The notes under the pieces are model-generated. The model saw only the letters and a list, made by a program, of their open reading frames with translations. It was not told the DNA's origin and ran no database searches. Positions 1 through 12,119 of a stretch of 64,000 nucleotides of DNA are shown here, piece by piece. This stretch comes from Mytilus edulis. Its lineage: Eukaryota. A program made the position numbers and the translations under genes. The DNA lies in NCBI RefSeq assembly GCF_963676685.1, contig NC_092354.1, positions 35,774,001-35,838,000 of the forward strand, read 5' to 3'. The number at the start of each line of letters is the position of its first letter. Position 1 is the stretch's first letter.

Positions 1-279
1 TATTTCCCTTAAACTTTCGAGAAACGGAAGTCGTAAAGACTTTGGACCTACACCAATCATCTTAAGTTTATGTGACCTTTAATCTGCACCCAAGGTCAAA
101 GGTCTCAAAGTGCAAAAAAAATTACGCTGTAATTTCAAGCTTGCATATTTAGAAAACGACCAGAGTTTGCTGCATACTTACAGCGTATAAAATGTTTCTC
201 TCGATGAGCTCTACTTTTTATACATTGAGCTCAAAAGTGTCCGACTGTCCGTTCAAAAAGTTACCACGGGATGATTCTT

Positions 280-770
280 AAAAGTATAGTATTGTGTGCA
301 TTGATATTCAGATATCGCAGATCAAATTTATTCGTTCATTGTGTAATCATACGTTTTTTGATTGAGTTAAATCTGCCAATTGATATTTTATCGTGTGTTT
401 TTCTATGTTGTGATGTTATGCTATTGTTTCAGAAAAAAGGGAGAAGGTTTGGATCCATTAAAACGTTTAATCCTGCTGCAAATGTTTGCACCTGTCCTAA
501 GTCAGGAATCTGATGTACAGTAGTTGTCGTTTGTATATGTAATATATACGTTTTTCTCGTTTTGTTTATATAGATTAGACCGTTGGTTTTCCCGTTTGAA
601 TGGTTTTACACTAGTAATTTTGGGGCCCTTTATAGCTTGTTGTTCGGTGTGAGCCAAGGCTCCGTGTTGAAGGCCGTACGTTAACCTATAATTGTTTACT
701 TTTTAAATTGTTACTTGGATGTAGAGTTGTCTCATTGGCACTCACACCACATCTTCCTAAATCTATATCT
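280..770 (+). repeat. Abundant dispersed non-coding repeat ending in a GAGTTGTCTCATTGGCA..CACCACATCTTC tail (SINE-like or non-autonomous retroelement)
   Basis: The same tail recurs at about 3540-3690 (+), and related sequence occurs at about 10700-10900 (-), 14985-15220 (+) and 54075-54250 (-). No ORF. Boundaries approximate. Confidence 0.6.
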
Positions 771-996
771 TTTAAAAGGTTACAGATGTCAACCAACTAT
801 AAAGTGAAATGATGATCAGTAATTCAAGACCGTCAGTGTCAGGTCATGATGAAATTTCACCTTGACCTTCTCAGAATACTATGACCTTGACCTTGTGATA
901 TTTGAAAGGTCAAGTGGTCCTGAGTTGATTGGTGGTAGTCTGCACGACTTCCGGTTCTCAAGTTTGGTATTGCATCATATATTTGATGATTAATTG

Positions 997-1262
997 TGAC
1001 ATGAATATCAATAATGTGGTCATTTTTATAAATTTCCTGTATAAAAAACTTTTTAAAAACTAAGGATTTTCTTATCCCAAGCATAGATTACCATAGCCGT
1101 ATTTGGCACAATTATTTGGAATTTTGGATCCTCAATTGCTCTTCAACTTTGTACTTGTTTGAGTTTATAAATATTTATGATATGAGCGTCACTGATGAGT
1201 ATTATGTAGACGAAACGCGCGTCTGGCGTACTTAATTATTATCCTGGAACCTTTGATAACTA
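997..1262 (+). mobile_element. Partial retrozyme unit (same family as 44151-44602)
   Basis: Colinear with about 44328-44600 (TGACATGAATATCAAT...CCTGG.ACCTTTGATAACTA) and contains the hammerhead motif. Confidence 0.8.
1186..1229 (+). ncRNA. Type I hammerhead ribozyme (stem II mismatch)
   Basis: GCGTCA-CTGATGA-GTAT/TATGT/AGAC-GAAA-CGCGCG-TC-TGGCGT. The core is intact; a C>A change weakens stem II relative to the 44168 copy. Confidence 0.8.
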
Positions 1263-1407
1263 GTGACCTTGATGAACTTTGAAATTGTCCCATTTTATTC
1301 TATAATGTTGTCCTTTAACTGTAGATCATTTAACGGATATGAAATATCTATTGTCGTTTGAGAGATAATGCAGTTTGAAATTTTGCGAGCGGCGGCATGC
1401 TTTTCTG

Positions 1408-1948
1408 CATCTTCGCCAGCCAAGGTTTACGATCCACTCGCGCTCTCTTCACCCTTGGTGGATTTAGCCAACATTTGTGATAACAATGTTGAGCCATCTA
1501 TCGGAAGATAAAAACCACGCCATTCCGAATAAATTTTTCTTGCCCAATGGTAGCATTTTAGTCTTCAATTTGGAGGTAAAAACACGGGATCGTCAGGATT
1601 CTACAAACTCGGTAAAGCCGGAAATGAAAATATACGTCAACATTCATGCATTTATGCATGAAACATACACAAGAACTTATATGTGTTGATTAAAAACATT
1701 CAAGTTGTCATTAAATATAGTCGTATGTTTAGGGGTGTACAGACTAGTTGCTCAATAAACACGTGGTAATTGTTTACAAACACTTTCTAAATTAACGTGT
1801 GATCATGATATAGGCGCTTTTTGATTGGATGCAGCGACTTTTGACTGCAACCAATAAACATCCTTACCTTGTGTCTCCGAAATGTTGGCTCAATCCGCCA
1901 AGGGTGAAGAAAGCGCGAGTGGATCGTAACCCTCGGCTAGCGAAGATG
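1408..1948. mobile_element. Non-autonomous DNA transposon (MITE) with about 68-bp TIRs, probably AcademH-type
   Basis: CATCTTCGCCAGCCAAGG...AGCCAACATT (1408-1476) is the inverted match of AATGTTGGCT...GCTAGCGAAGATG (1882-1948). Flanks GCTTTTCTG / GTATTTCTG form a 9-bp TSD with 2 mismatches. MuDR cannot be excluded. Confidence 0.75.
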
Positions 1949-2249
1949 GTATTTCTGAATCAATAACAGTTTACCACCTAAAATGTTTAAGAAATTGAAA
2001 AGGTTAACATAGTTAACTTTGACTAAATAACAAAATTATTCCATTTATCAAAACACCAAAAAATCATTTTGAAATTTTTATGTTTTGCATTGACTTTGTA
2101 AGTTTTATAACTTCTATTTATATCGTTGATATTGCATCATTTTTGTCACTTTGTCAAATGGGGTCATCTGATAAATCAAAATAAAGGGCCAAATAAACTC
2201 TACTTAAATATGAAAATTTTAATCCTCTTTTTCATCCCAGGGGGAAAGG

Positions 2250-2592
2250 TGGGATCATTAAGTGCAAAAATTCAAATTTCTCAGATGGCAAGGTTGCCGC
2301 ATTACAAATATTTTATTGACACAAACTCAATTACAACTAGTATCTCAATTGTTTGTAAAACAATTGACAGGTCTTTCCTGTAAAAGTGATGGTTTTGTAA
2401 TGTTCTTTGTACGACCTTTCGTTTGATATACAACAACCCTATCGTAAATTGAAAATTATTTTTTGCACTCAATGACCCCATCCAACCAATTTTTGGACGT
2501 CAATTTGAAACTGGAAATGTACGCTTTATGCATTGAGTGCAAAAAATAATTTTCAGTTTACGATAGGGTTGTTGTATATCAAATGAAAGGTC
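2250..2592. mobile_element. MITE (TIR GGG.TCATT.AGTGCAAAAA) followed by an inverted partial second copy, giving a 62-bp inverted repeat
   Basis: TIRs at about 2251-2270 and 2461-2480. Arms 2413-2474 and 2531-2592 are near-perfect reverse complements. Confidence 0.6.
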
Positions 2593-2759
2593 ATGATATG
2601 TACATGATTAATGCTATAGCAAACAGTAAATTTTATCTAATGAATATGAAAGAGATATACATAATAAAACTGAAGTATTAACTAATTACAGAAAACTAAA
2701 CCCGAATACATAATGCTAAGACCAACACAGAATAGACACACCCGACTGAACAGTATTTC

Positions 2760-2940
2760 ATGCTGCTGAAAGTTCCAATTTGCTTTGTCGATTGCTCTCA
2801 CAACTGACCAGTTCTTCTCGGAAAGTGATAGTAACGATGGATAATGAGTCTGACAGGCTAAGCGAATAGCATTGATCTTCTGAGTTGATATCTGTCCTTT
2901 TATAGAAGCTTTTCCTTGAAACACTTTCCTTTTTACATTT
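2760..2940 (-). pseudogene. BEN-domain gene, 3' part (split by Helentron insertion)
   Basis: Translates NVKRKVFQGKASIKGQISTQKINAIRLACQTHYP...W..VRAIDKAN, the second half of a BEN-like domain. Joins in frame with 8866 onward once the insertion is removed. Confidence 0.6.
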
Positions 2941-3535
2941 TTATACGACTTCGTCGTATATTGCTATCACGTTGGCGTCGTCGTCGTGGTCGTCCGAATA
3001 CTTTTAGTTTTCGCACTCTAACTTTGATAAAAATTAATAGAAATCTATGAAATTTTAACACAAGGTTTATGACCACAAAAGAAAGGTTGGGATTGATTTT
3101 GGGAGTTTTGGTCCCAACATTTTAGGAATTAGGGGCCAAAAAGGGCCAAAGTAAGCATTTTCTTGGTTTTCGCACTATAACTTTAGTTTAAGTTAATAGA
3201 AATCTATGAAATGTTGACACAAGGTTTATGACCACAAAAGAAAGGTTGGGATTGATTTTGAGAGTTTTGGTTCAAACAGTTTAGGAATAAGGGGCCAAAA
3301 AAGGGCCCAAATAAGCATTATTCTTGGTTTTCGCACAATAACTTTAGTTTAAGTAAATAGAAATCAATGAAATTTAAACACAATGTTTATGACCACAAAA
3401 GGAAGGTTGGTATTGATTTTGGGAGTTTAGGTCCCAACAGTTTAGGAATTAGGGACCGAAAAGGGACCCAAATAAGCATTTTTCTTGGTTTTCGCACCAT
3501 ACCTTTAGTATTCATAAATAGAAATCTATGAAATA
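2941..3535 (+). mobile_element. Non-autonomous Helentron (HINE/DINE-1-like), 5' half
   Basis: TTATACGAC subterminal repeat, (CGT)n microsatellite and about 160-bp internal tandem units (starts near 3041, 3200, 3361, 3522). Colinear with 43303-44010. Confidence 0.8.
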
Positions 3536-3989
3536 GATATGTTTTTGTTCATTTTTAGCTGACTATATGCGGTATGGGCTTTGCTCATTGTTGAATGCCG
3601 TACGGTGACCTATAATTGTTAATGTTTGTGTCATTTTTGTCTTTTGTGAATCGTTGTCTCATTGGCAATCATACCACATCTTCTTTTTTATATGTATTGA
3701 GAAAAAAGAACAACATTTCAATGACAAAAAGTCTTTATATGCAAGGGTATTAATACAGTAAAACATCATGTAATCAATAACAATTTTTTAACATGCAAGA
3801 CTGCATCTTTTTAACATCTTAAATTTAAAAGTCAAATTTATATTAACAATTAATATCTGCATTTTACTAGTTTATAAATCTAACATTTCTAATGGCACAT
3901 TTTTATAAATAAAAATAACTTTATTCAAGCAATCTGACAAGTTTTTTAATAACATTGTCCAACATTATGTGTTTTTTTAAAATTTACAG

Positions 3990-4140
3990 GCATAAAAAAA
4001 GGCTTCTATTCCTTGATTTATTTGTCGCCAGAAATTCTAATGAATTTTAGATACTGGCACCAAATTATTATTGAGTCCCCAGTATACCAGGAGCAGCTTT
4101 GTGGCATTGTTATAGATGAAGTTCATTTGCTAGAAACTTG
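3990..4140 (+). pseudogene. RecQ-like SF2 helicase exon (motif Ia to DEVH), probably the AcademH transposon helicase
   Basis: Bounded by tttacag and gtatat. Open frame IKKGFYSLIYLSPEILMNFRYWHQIIIESPVYQEQLCGIVIDEVHLLETW contains the RecQ-type SPE and DExH motifs. Confidence 0.75.
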
Positions 4141-5918
4141 GTATATATGATGCTATTTTAAGGACCAATCAATTAAAAGTCAAATTAAAAATCAAATTAA
4201 AGTTTGACTATGATATTTAATTTAGCACTAATGTCCCCTGGAAAATATCAATAAGGTTACAATTCCTTTATCATTCCTACTTCTCAGGGCTAACAAATAT
4301 ATGAAAATGTTCTTTTATCTTCTTTTCATTATTTATAACAGCAGTATCTATTATACTAGATAAGTTAACAGTACAACATCACATTAAGATTCTCTACAAT
4401 GGACAATTAGTCATACTTTTTTTTTTAAAGATATGAAAACAACAAACACATCGCACTATGCTCAGATAATTAACAATAGAAACATTTGTTACAGGCCTTT
4501 TTTTATATGAAAGTGCCACTAACATTTATCTTAATTATTTAACGTTATATGTTAAAAGTCTTTAAATCTTAAACAAAAATACAATATGTCCTCTCAGATT
4601 TTCATAAACTGACAACTATAGTCATACTCTTATTGATAAAAATTAAGAAAAATAAACAAACACAATCACTACGCTCATACATTATTAGAATAGAAACAAG
4701 TCTTAGAGTTGAATCCTTTTCTATGATAATAAAATGATAAATTCTAAAATTTGTACTAGAGGATGTCAGTTAGACAAACACACACAGATTATTGTATAAT
4801 TATATATATGCACATCCCAGCACTTCTGTTTCGCTGTCATTCTCTGTACTAAAAATAAAATCAAACAATGTCATTGTTTAAATAATATACTGGTATTAAA
4901 ATTTTTCATATTTTTCTATTTTTGCTCCATTTATATATTATACACTATATATATATATATAAATCTAAATAGGCGATTAACGGCATAGGTAGGGATGATT
5001 TCTCGTTCAATGACAGAAGTGTTTTTTCTTGTCAGGGAATGAGGAATCACAAAATACCAGTATGTCTTTGGCAATTTATTTGGAAAAAATTGATGCAACT
5101 TACCATTATGGAAAAGGAAAAACTACAATCAATCCTTTCTTAAGGATTCCTTATTTGCTACACCAATCGAGGGAGACGTCCTTACATTGGTAGCATATAA
5201 CTAGCACATGTCTTGTTACCGGTTTCTAAATATACTTTTTTTATATACATGTATATAAGTATATCACAGACGACACAAAGGTGAACAACCATATAAATTT
5301 TCTGAACAATTTTATGACACCTATCAATTAATAATGTACATTTCATTAGGGACTATCAATTGCTCTTTATTTATTTTTTTCATTTTCATAGTACATGTAC
5401 CTTCTGATATGTGTTTTTTTTTGGGGTTTTTTTTTTTTGTCTCTCAACATATATATATTTTCTAGTAATTCAGCAACCATGTTCGTCAAAGTTTCATAAG
5501 ATTACTCGCCAAAACGTAATACTAAAAATAAATTAAAGACTGAAAAAGTATAATTATATACATAATATCTTAAATTATGTTATATGAATTTAAGGCGCAA
5601 TTACTACATAAGTAAGCCGCCTTCCAAAACCAATAACAACAACAAGTGCTTCATGTGCTTTGTAATTTATTGCATGTCTATGTGTTGTATTGCTATAAAT
5701 GTCTTGTATGGTTAAAAGCTCATTAGAGCTTATGTTGTCTCCATATCTTGCAGACTTGAAATAAAGCTTATTTATTATTACCACATTATAGTTTATCAAG
5801 GATTTGTACAAATATGTGAGTCTATATGGCAGTTCTTTAAAGTGTATCTGTAAAAACTATTATAAATTTTCCTTATAATTCTCTATTCTGTTTCAGCACC
5901 CTATATTTACTGTGCTTC

Positions 5919-6665
5919 TTTTTTAGCTCACCTGACCTGAAAGGTCAAGTGAGCTTTTCTCATCACTTGGCGTCCGTCGTCCGTAAACTTTTACAAAAAT
6001 CTTCTCTGAAACTACTTGGCCAAATTTTACCAAACTAAGCCACAATCCTCCTTGGGGTATCTAGTTTAAAAAATGTGTGGCGTGACCTGTCAAACCTACA
6101 AAGATGGCCGCCATGGCTAAAAATAGAACATAGGGGTAAAATGCAGTTTTTGGCTTATAACTCAAAAACCAAAGCATTTAGAGCAAATCTGACAAGGGGT
6201 AAAATTGTTAATCGGGTCAAGATCTATCTGCCCTGAAATTTTCAGACGAATCGGACAACCTGTTGTTGGGTTGCTGCCTGTGAAATGGTTATTTTAAGGA
6301 AATTTTGCAGTTTTTGGTTATTATCTTGAATACTATTATAGATAGAGATAAACTGTAAACAGCAATAATGTTCAGCAAAGTAAGATCTACAAATAAGTCA
6401 GCATGATCAAAATTGTTAGAGGACCCCTTAAGGAGTTATTGCCCTTTATAGTCAATATTGAACAACTTTTCGTCATTTTTGTAACTTGTATAAAAATCAT
6501 TTCTAAAACTACTTGGCCAAATTTAACCAAACTTGGCCACAATCATAATACTAGGGTATCTTTTTTTTTAAAAAGTGTCTAATGACCCCGCCTACCAACG
6601 AAGATGGCCAACATCTGTAAACACATTAACAGGTGAGCGACACAGGCTCTTGAGAGCCTCTAGTT
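5919..6665 (+). mobile_element. Non-autonomous Helentron, second family (TTTAGCTCACCTG...CAGGTGAGCGA)
   Basis: Inverted subterminal repeats GCTCACCTG / CAGGTGAGC, CGTC microsatellite and 3' hairpin AGGCTCTTGAGAGCCT; inserted in a T run. Other copies at about 13895-14410 (-), 15385-15600 and 55610-56003 (-). Confidence 0.8.
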
Positions 6666-6827
6666 TGTTTTTTTTTTATCTTTTTTTCTATATTATTTAT
6701 TTTTTTCATATCATGACCTTCATGTCTTGCCCAATATATCATTCCCTTTTCTGTAAACCCCCTTCCAGATCATTTTGTAAATACAAATACTTGAGTCATT
6801 CTAATGAAACTAAGATATAAGCTTACA

Positions 6828-7542
6828 ATGATATTTTATTATTATTTCTTGGAGTTGTGAATGCTCCCTTGACAGCAGATGTAAAAATTGGCAATCTAGC
6901 TTCAATTTCTTTTATTGCAGGCATCCAACTAAACTCCTCTAAAGAATTTAATGACAGTTTCTTTGAGAGAAAGCGGTCTTTCTTCTTGACATGCTTTAAT
7001 TTATTTGATATTGTTTGTCTCATAACTTTAGCAAGAGCTCCTCTAGCTGCCTTGCTTTTCTTTAGCAAAATGTTGAAACAAGTCAAATATTTAGAGTCTT
7101 TTAGATTTGCTACTGCTCTGTCGATGAACCCTTTCGATGTCACTTTTTTTTACAGGTGATTGCAATATACTGACTCTCTTTCTTACAGGAGAAGCAAATA
7201 AAGGTCGAGAAAACGGTGAAATGCTTTCAACTGTTTTCGAAGGTGTTGAAAAAGACTGTTTTCTCTTGCCCAAGTAGGAGCGATCACACTTTGACCTTTC
7301 AAACTCATCAAATGTTTTTTTTTTGTACTATCTTTGAGGCCATCAATTTTGACACACAGAGAAGCACATGAGTCACATATATATAGGTTTTTTGTAGGTG
7401 TAACTGGTGAACCTACGCTTGTTTCAAGGATTTTGCGAACAGAAACTGCTGGGAACTTTGTATTACTGTCCACAGATTTTCTTTTATATCCTTTGTTTTT
7501 TTTCTCAAAATGTTTGCCACAATTTATGCAATTTTCCTCCAT
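6828..7542 (-). pseudogene. C4 zinc-finger (CxxC...CxxC) N-terminal region of a putative AcademH-type transposase, frameshifted
   Basis: MEENCINC...YICDSC continues, after a homopolymer frameshift and a stop, into LEEFSWMPAIKEIEARLP. Ends at a GTAAG donor and converges on the helicase exon. Confidence 0.5.
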
Positions 7543-8156
7543 TTTTACATAGACAATACTTTTTCTAAGTGACCATATTTGTTAAATTCTTCTCATACTA
7601 ATATGCACAGTATTCCATTATTTTTATTTTATTTGTATATCTATATATATATAATATTTATTGTATTGATGATACATAGGAAAATAAAGTTGAATGAAAG
7701 TTTTTTCATTTAGAAGGAAATATTGGAAATAACCTGATTACTGACCATTACCTCAATTTTAATAAGTCATTTGTTGTCCAAAAAGCCGAAAAAATAGCGA
7801 TTGTTCCGTGAAATTCGCGGTCGCGAAAACGTAAACAAACTTACATGTGTTTTTCGTTTAGAGTTATCTGTTCTTGAATATTTTATAAGTCACGTGACTT
7901 TTACACGAGAATAACGCAGATTCAAAATGGCAGTACAAAATAGGCGGAGAATTACACAAAAGGAAATAATCAGATAATAGTGTCAAGGAAATGAATATTC
8001 AAACATAAATAGGTACGTCATATCCTAGAAAAATATCTAACGAAACGAACTATATATATTGATAAGCTTTGCATTGATTATAAACAAAAACATTTTGGGA
8101 ACTAAGTGCGACCTGAACCTGGGTCGCGATTCCGAACGTTTTGAAATATGAAAAAT

Positions 8157-8225
8157 CCGTAGCTCTATGGTCCGCAAATAGTCAAAAAATAACATAAAGA
8201 CCTATGAGCTACGGTTCCGCAGCTA
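8157..8225 (-). mobile_element. Academ-type terminus (5'-TAGCTGCGGAACCGTAG) with subterminal inverted repeat
   Basis: Helentron sequence resumes just after CTA at 8225. CCGTAGCTCTATGGTC (8157) is the near-perfect inverse of GACCTATGAGCTACGG (8199). Confidence 0.5.
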
Positions 8226-8867
8226 AAATTCAGCAATAGCAAGAAATCTTCAATTGCACAGTATTGTGCAATAGCAAGAAATCTTCAATTGCACAGTATT
8301 GTGCAATAGCAAATATTTTCAATTGCAAAGTATTGCACAATAGCAAGAAATATCTAATTGCACAATATTGTGCAATAGCAAGAAATTCCAATTGGATTTC
8401 AATTGAAGTTATCTTTCTTTGTCCAGAATAGTAGTTGAATCAACTTAAATCATTGTTTTATACAATATACAATGAATATTCACTTTTACTACCAACTGAT
8501 AGATTAAAACAATCTTTATTATTCAGTCATTGTCAGTGATAACAAGCACTTTTTTTACATTTTAATATTTTATGATGTTTTTAATTTTTTTCATTTCAGA
8601 TTTCATAAATAAAAAGAAAATTTCTTCAAACATTATTTTGAGAGGATTTATATTCAACAGCATAGTGAATTGCTCAAAGGCAAAATTTTTTTTAGGTTCA
8701 TTAGACCACATGCATTCTGTGTCAGAAACCTATGCTGTGTCAACTATTTAATCACAATCCAAATTTAGAGCTGAATCCAGCTTGAATGTTGTGTCCATAC
8801 TTGCCCTAACCGTTCAGGGTTCAACCTCTGCGGTCGTATAAAGCTGCGCCCTGCGGAGCATCGGGTT
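8226..8867 (+). mobile_element. Non-autonomous Helentron, 3' half of the element starting at 2941
   Basis: Colinear with about 45015-45820. Ends with TGCGGTCGTATAAA subTIR plus GCTGCGCCCTGCGGAGC hairpin. Confidence 0.8.
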
Positions 8868-9340
8868 GTTCATTACATCTTCTGTGGAGAAAATATTCCT
8901 GAAGAGGTTGACGGCAAATCGTCTACAAGAATCGCCTGCAGATATATTGGCATCTTGCAGATGGTTGTCAGGGATCTGGTTGTATGGCGATATCGTAGGT
9001 GCTGGTTGAAACAAGTGCAAATTGGTGTTAACAGAAGTTTTGTTTTGTAAAATTGTTGTCGAACGCAAAGATAAAAACTGTGGGTAAATCACTGGTGTTC
9101 TAATGTTGAGAGAAATTGGCGCAATAAGTTCTTTATCTGGAATGTTGCTCGGGAATCTAGCAGTTCAGTTCAGCTAAGATGTCTCTGGCTGGTGATGTTG
9201 ACAATTTGTTGCTACTGTTTGTTGTTAGTTTATTTTGAAGATTAAGAAGAGTCATGCTGTTTGTTTCAGCCTAAATTATGTCCTGGAGAGGTATTTTTCT
9301 GCCATATATTTGTTTGTTCAATTCTGTTAATTGGCCTTCC
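8868..9340 (-). pseudogene. BEN-domain gene, 5' part
   Basis: Encodes SCRRFAVNLFRNIFSTEDVMN, matching the N-terminal helix pattern of BEN domains. Upstream frame is disrupted. Confidence 0.55.
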
Positions 9341-9699
9341 TTGTTAATGGTGCTGAATTTGAACTTTTTTTTATTGCTACATGTATTCCAATATTATTAA
9401 TGCCTTTGCCTTTTTGGCTCCTAAAAATAACTTTAATTGTTTTGATGGTCTTGGGGTTGCTAAAGAAATTCTGGACTTCAACAATCTATATTTAGCTCTC
9501 CGAACTCTTTTCAGGTAGTCTCTACCACTGATTCTGCTTTGTTTGTTGAAATGATTCCACAGGAAGGGCCTGGCAATACAGTGAACCCAGCCATCAATGA
9601 GCTTAGGACTCTTATGGAGATGAAGCACAACTTGAACACTGAAGAAGGGCTGACGTTAGCCAAGGGTTCAAATGACTAGATTTTTAACGTGGTCTTGTT

Positions 9700-10390
9700 T
9701 CCAGTTTATAATTTCAAATTTGCCAAGCCATAAGCCTTCTGTTTTGTTTCTATTCAGTTTGAGTCCAGAAAGGCTTCCAAAAGTTTCAATGATATTAAGG
9801 GCAATACTTATATCTTTGCGTGTATTTAAAAACAATTGAGTATCATCTGCCAGTTGACATATTTTTAGTGAGCAAGATTTTCCATCTTATTTGATTTCAA
9901 ATCCTTTTAATTCCTTATTTTCTCTTAATTTAATTGCCATTATTTCAACACACCATCCTTGTCTTATTCCACGAAATGTATTGAAGGGGGCAGAAACCCA
10001 TCCATTATTTAAAATACATCCTTTTATGTCTATATACATAGTTTCAACCCATTTACTGAATTCTTTTATTAAACCAAATTTTGTTAAAGATTCAAACGTA
10101 AAGCACCACTCGAGTGAGTCGAAAGCTTTAGTAAAGTCTTAAAATAAAATTGCACCATCTACATTAAATTTTTCAGAATAATCAATAATATCTTGGATTT
10201 GTCTTGCTGTCTTATGTTAAAACCTATGTATCTGTTTTTTTATGTAACCTTTTTGATCAGAGTGAAAATTTTTTGGTAGTACGCTAGTAATTTAACATCA
10301 TAGTTTAAGGGAGAGGGGATCATTTTTTTAAACAAAAGAGATATGGCTCCAATTTTTTGGGAGTTTGTTAATTCTTTTTTATAGCAATAG
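9700..10390 (-). pseudogene. Decayed L1/Tx1-clade LINE reverse transcriptase fragment
   Basis: Minus-strand motifs LNYDVK, RYIGFNIR, DFTKAFDSLEW, RGIRQG, QLADDT and SGLKLNRNKTEG, with stops and indels. Confidence 0.85.
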
Positions 10391-12119
10391 TTGCAAATTT
10401 GTCAAGAAGAACTTAACTTACATTGCCCCAGTAATTGGGCATCTTCATATTATGGAATCGACATTTATCACCAAACAGTACAAATTATTGAGAGGAATTC
10501 TTAATTGAAAATTATGCTTGCAACTTTCCTGTTTAAGAAACGTGTCATGCTTCAAATTTGTTTCAAGTCTCTTAACATTAAGATTGATTAAAAAAAAGAA
10601 GCACTACTTGAGTTCGTAAAGAACAAACTGAAAAAAAAACAGTTTACAATTTGGATTTGTATTCTATATTCCTTCACTTTTACAATTCGGTTCAATATAG
10701 AATGTATTAAATAAGGAGATGTGGTTGATTGCACATGATAAAAAAATTCAGCCACCGATATGAAAAATGGGAAACAGTTCAAACCAGAAATTTACGGACT
10801 ATTAAAAAAAACAATTTATGAAAAACAAATATGACATAAACCAACGACAACCACTGCAGTACAGATTTCTGACTTGCGACATGCAAATAAGGTATATGGG
10901 TGATTAAAACCAGTTTATGAGTGCTCTACCGTCCTCTGACCTGGGACAGTTATTCAACAGTACAATATAAAACAAACTAAAACTTAGTTGCCTTGATTAA
11001 ACTCAAAAAACGTACTCGCAGTCACTGAAAACTATCTCAAAGCCGGTTACAATTTTATTAATAGTCCATGCGTTTTCTCCAAGTCTTGAGTTTGCAAATA
11101 TATTTTTTTTAATATTTAACACTTTACAACCCTATATTACATACTGAGAATTCAAAATTACACACTGAGATTTTAAAAAGATACACGGAGATGAAATCAA
11201 TCGAAAAAAGACACACATAGAATTGCAAATAGATGTAAATATATTCTGAGGCGAATGCTTCTTTTATAGGTTTCGTTTATATAAGTATAGACAGAACAAC
11301 CTACTCAAACCTGGACCTAAAAATGTTTACTCCACTTTCTTTTTTTGATGAGATTATCCAGAGGCAGAGATGCAAACTGGTGATTTAAGAATAAATCTGG
11401 TCTTTCTTTTGATTGTCGGCGGTATTTATGCACAAAAAAAGATCCACGAAAATCGACTGTTTTTAGGTACCATACTATAGCTTAAAAGTTTACATACACA
11501 TTAACATTGAATTTAATAATATATGTAAAAATACATACTTTTAAAGCCCACAGTAATAGGTGTAAACAATTAAAATTTACTTATTTCGCCTTTCTTACAT
11601 TATTCTCTAACAAAGAACTTTTTTTTTAAATTTCAACTGTGTTTCCGCCTACAGAGGAGTTTTGCAGCTCAATGAAATGGGCCTATTCCTATTGTTACAG
11701 TAGTAGATACAATAGGCATTAAATGTCACTGCATTTTTGTTCTCTCTTTTAACAGTTTGTTCAAGTGGTTTTTTTTTAGAATTTTGATAAAAATGTTCAC
11801 TTTTTGGTTATATTTTGTGAGAGAAAAAAGGTATTTTTCTTGCTTTTTTAGTCAGGACATACACATTTTTTTTTCTATACGTTGAATCAATTTTTTTTAT
11901 TAAACATTTAACGCCATATTAAATACTTACGAGTTTTGTCCCCTAGGTGACAGATTCAGTATGCTAATTATATGAGCGCAAAAAAGTGCACACAAATTTC
12001 AGTGGGTGACTACAAAATTCAGTGCGAATTTTTCAGTTATTTCATCTCGTTTGTAATTTTCAGTTATCAGTGTGTAATTTTCAATTTGCATTGTGTAATT
12101 TTCAGTCTTTTTAATCTCA

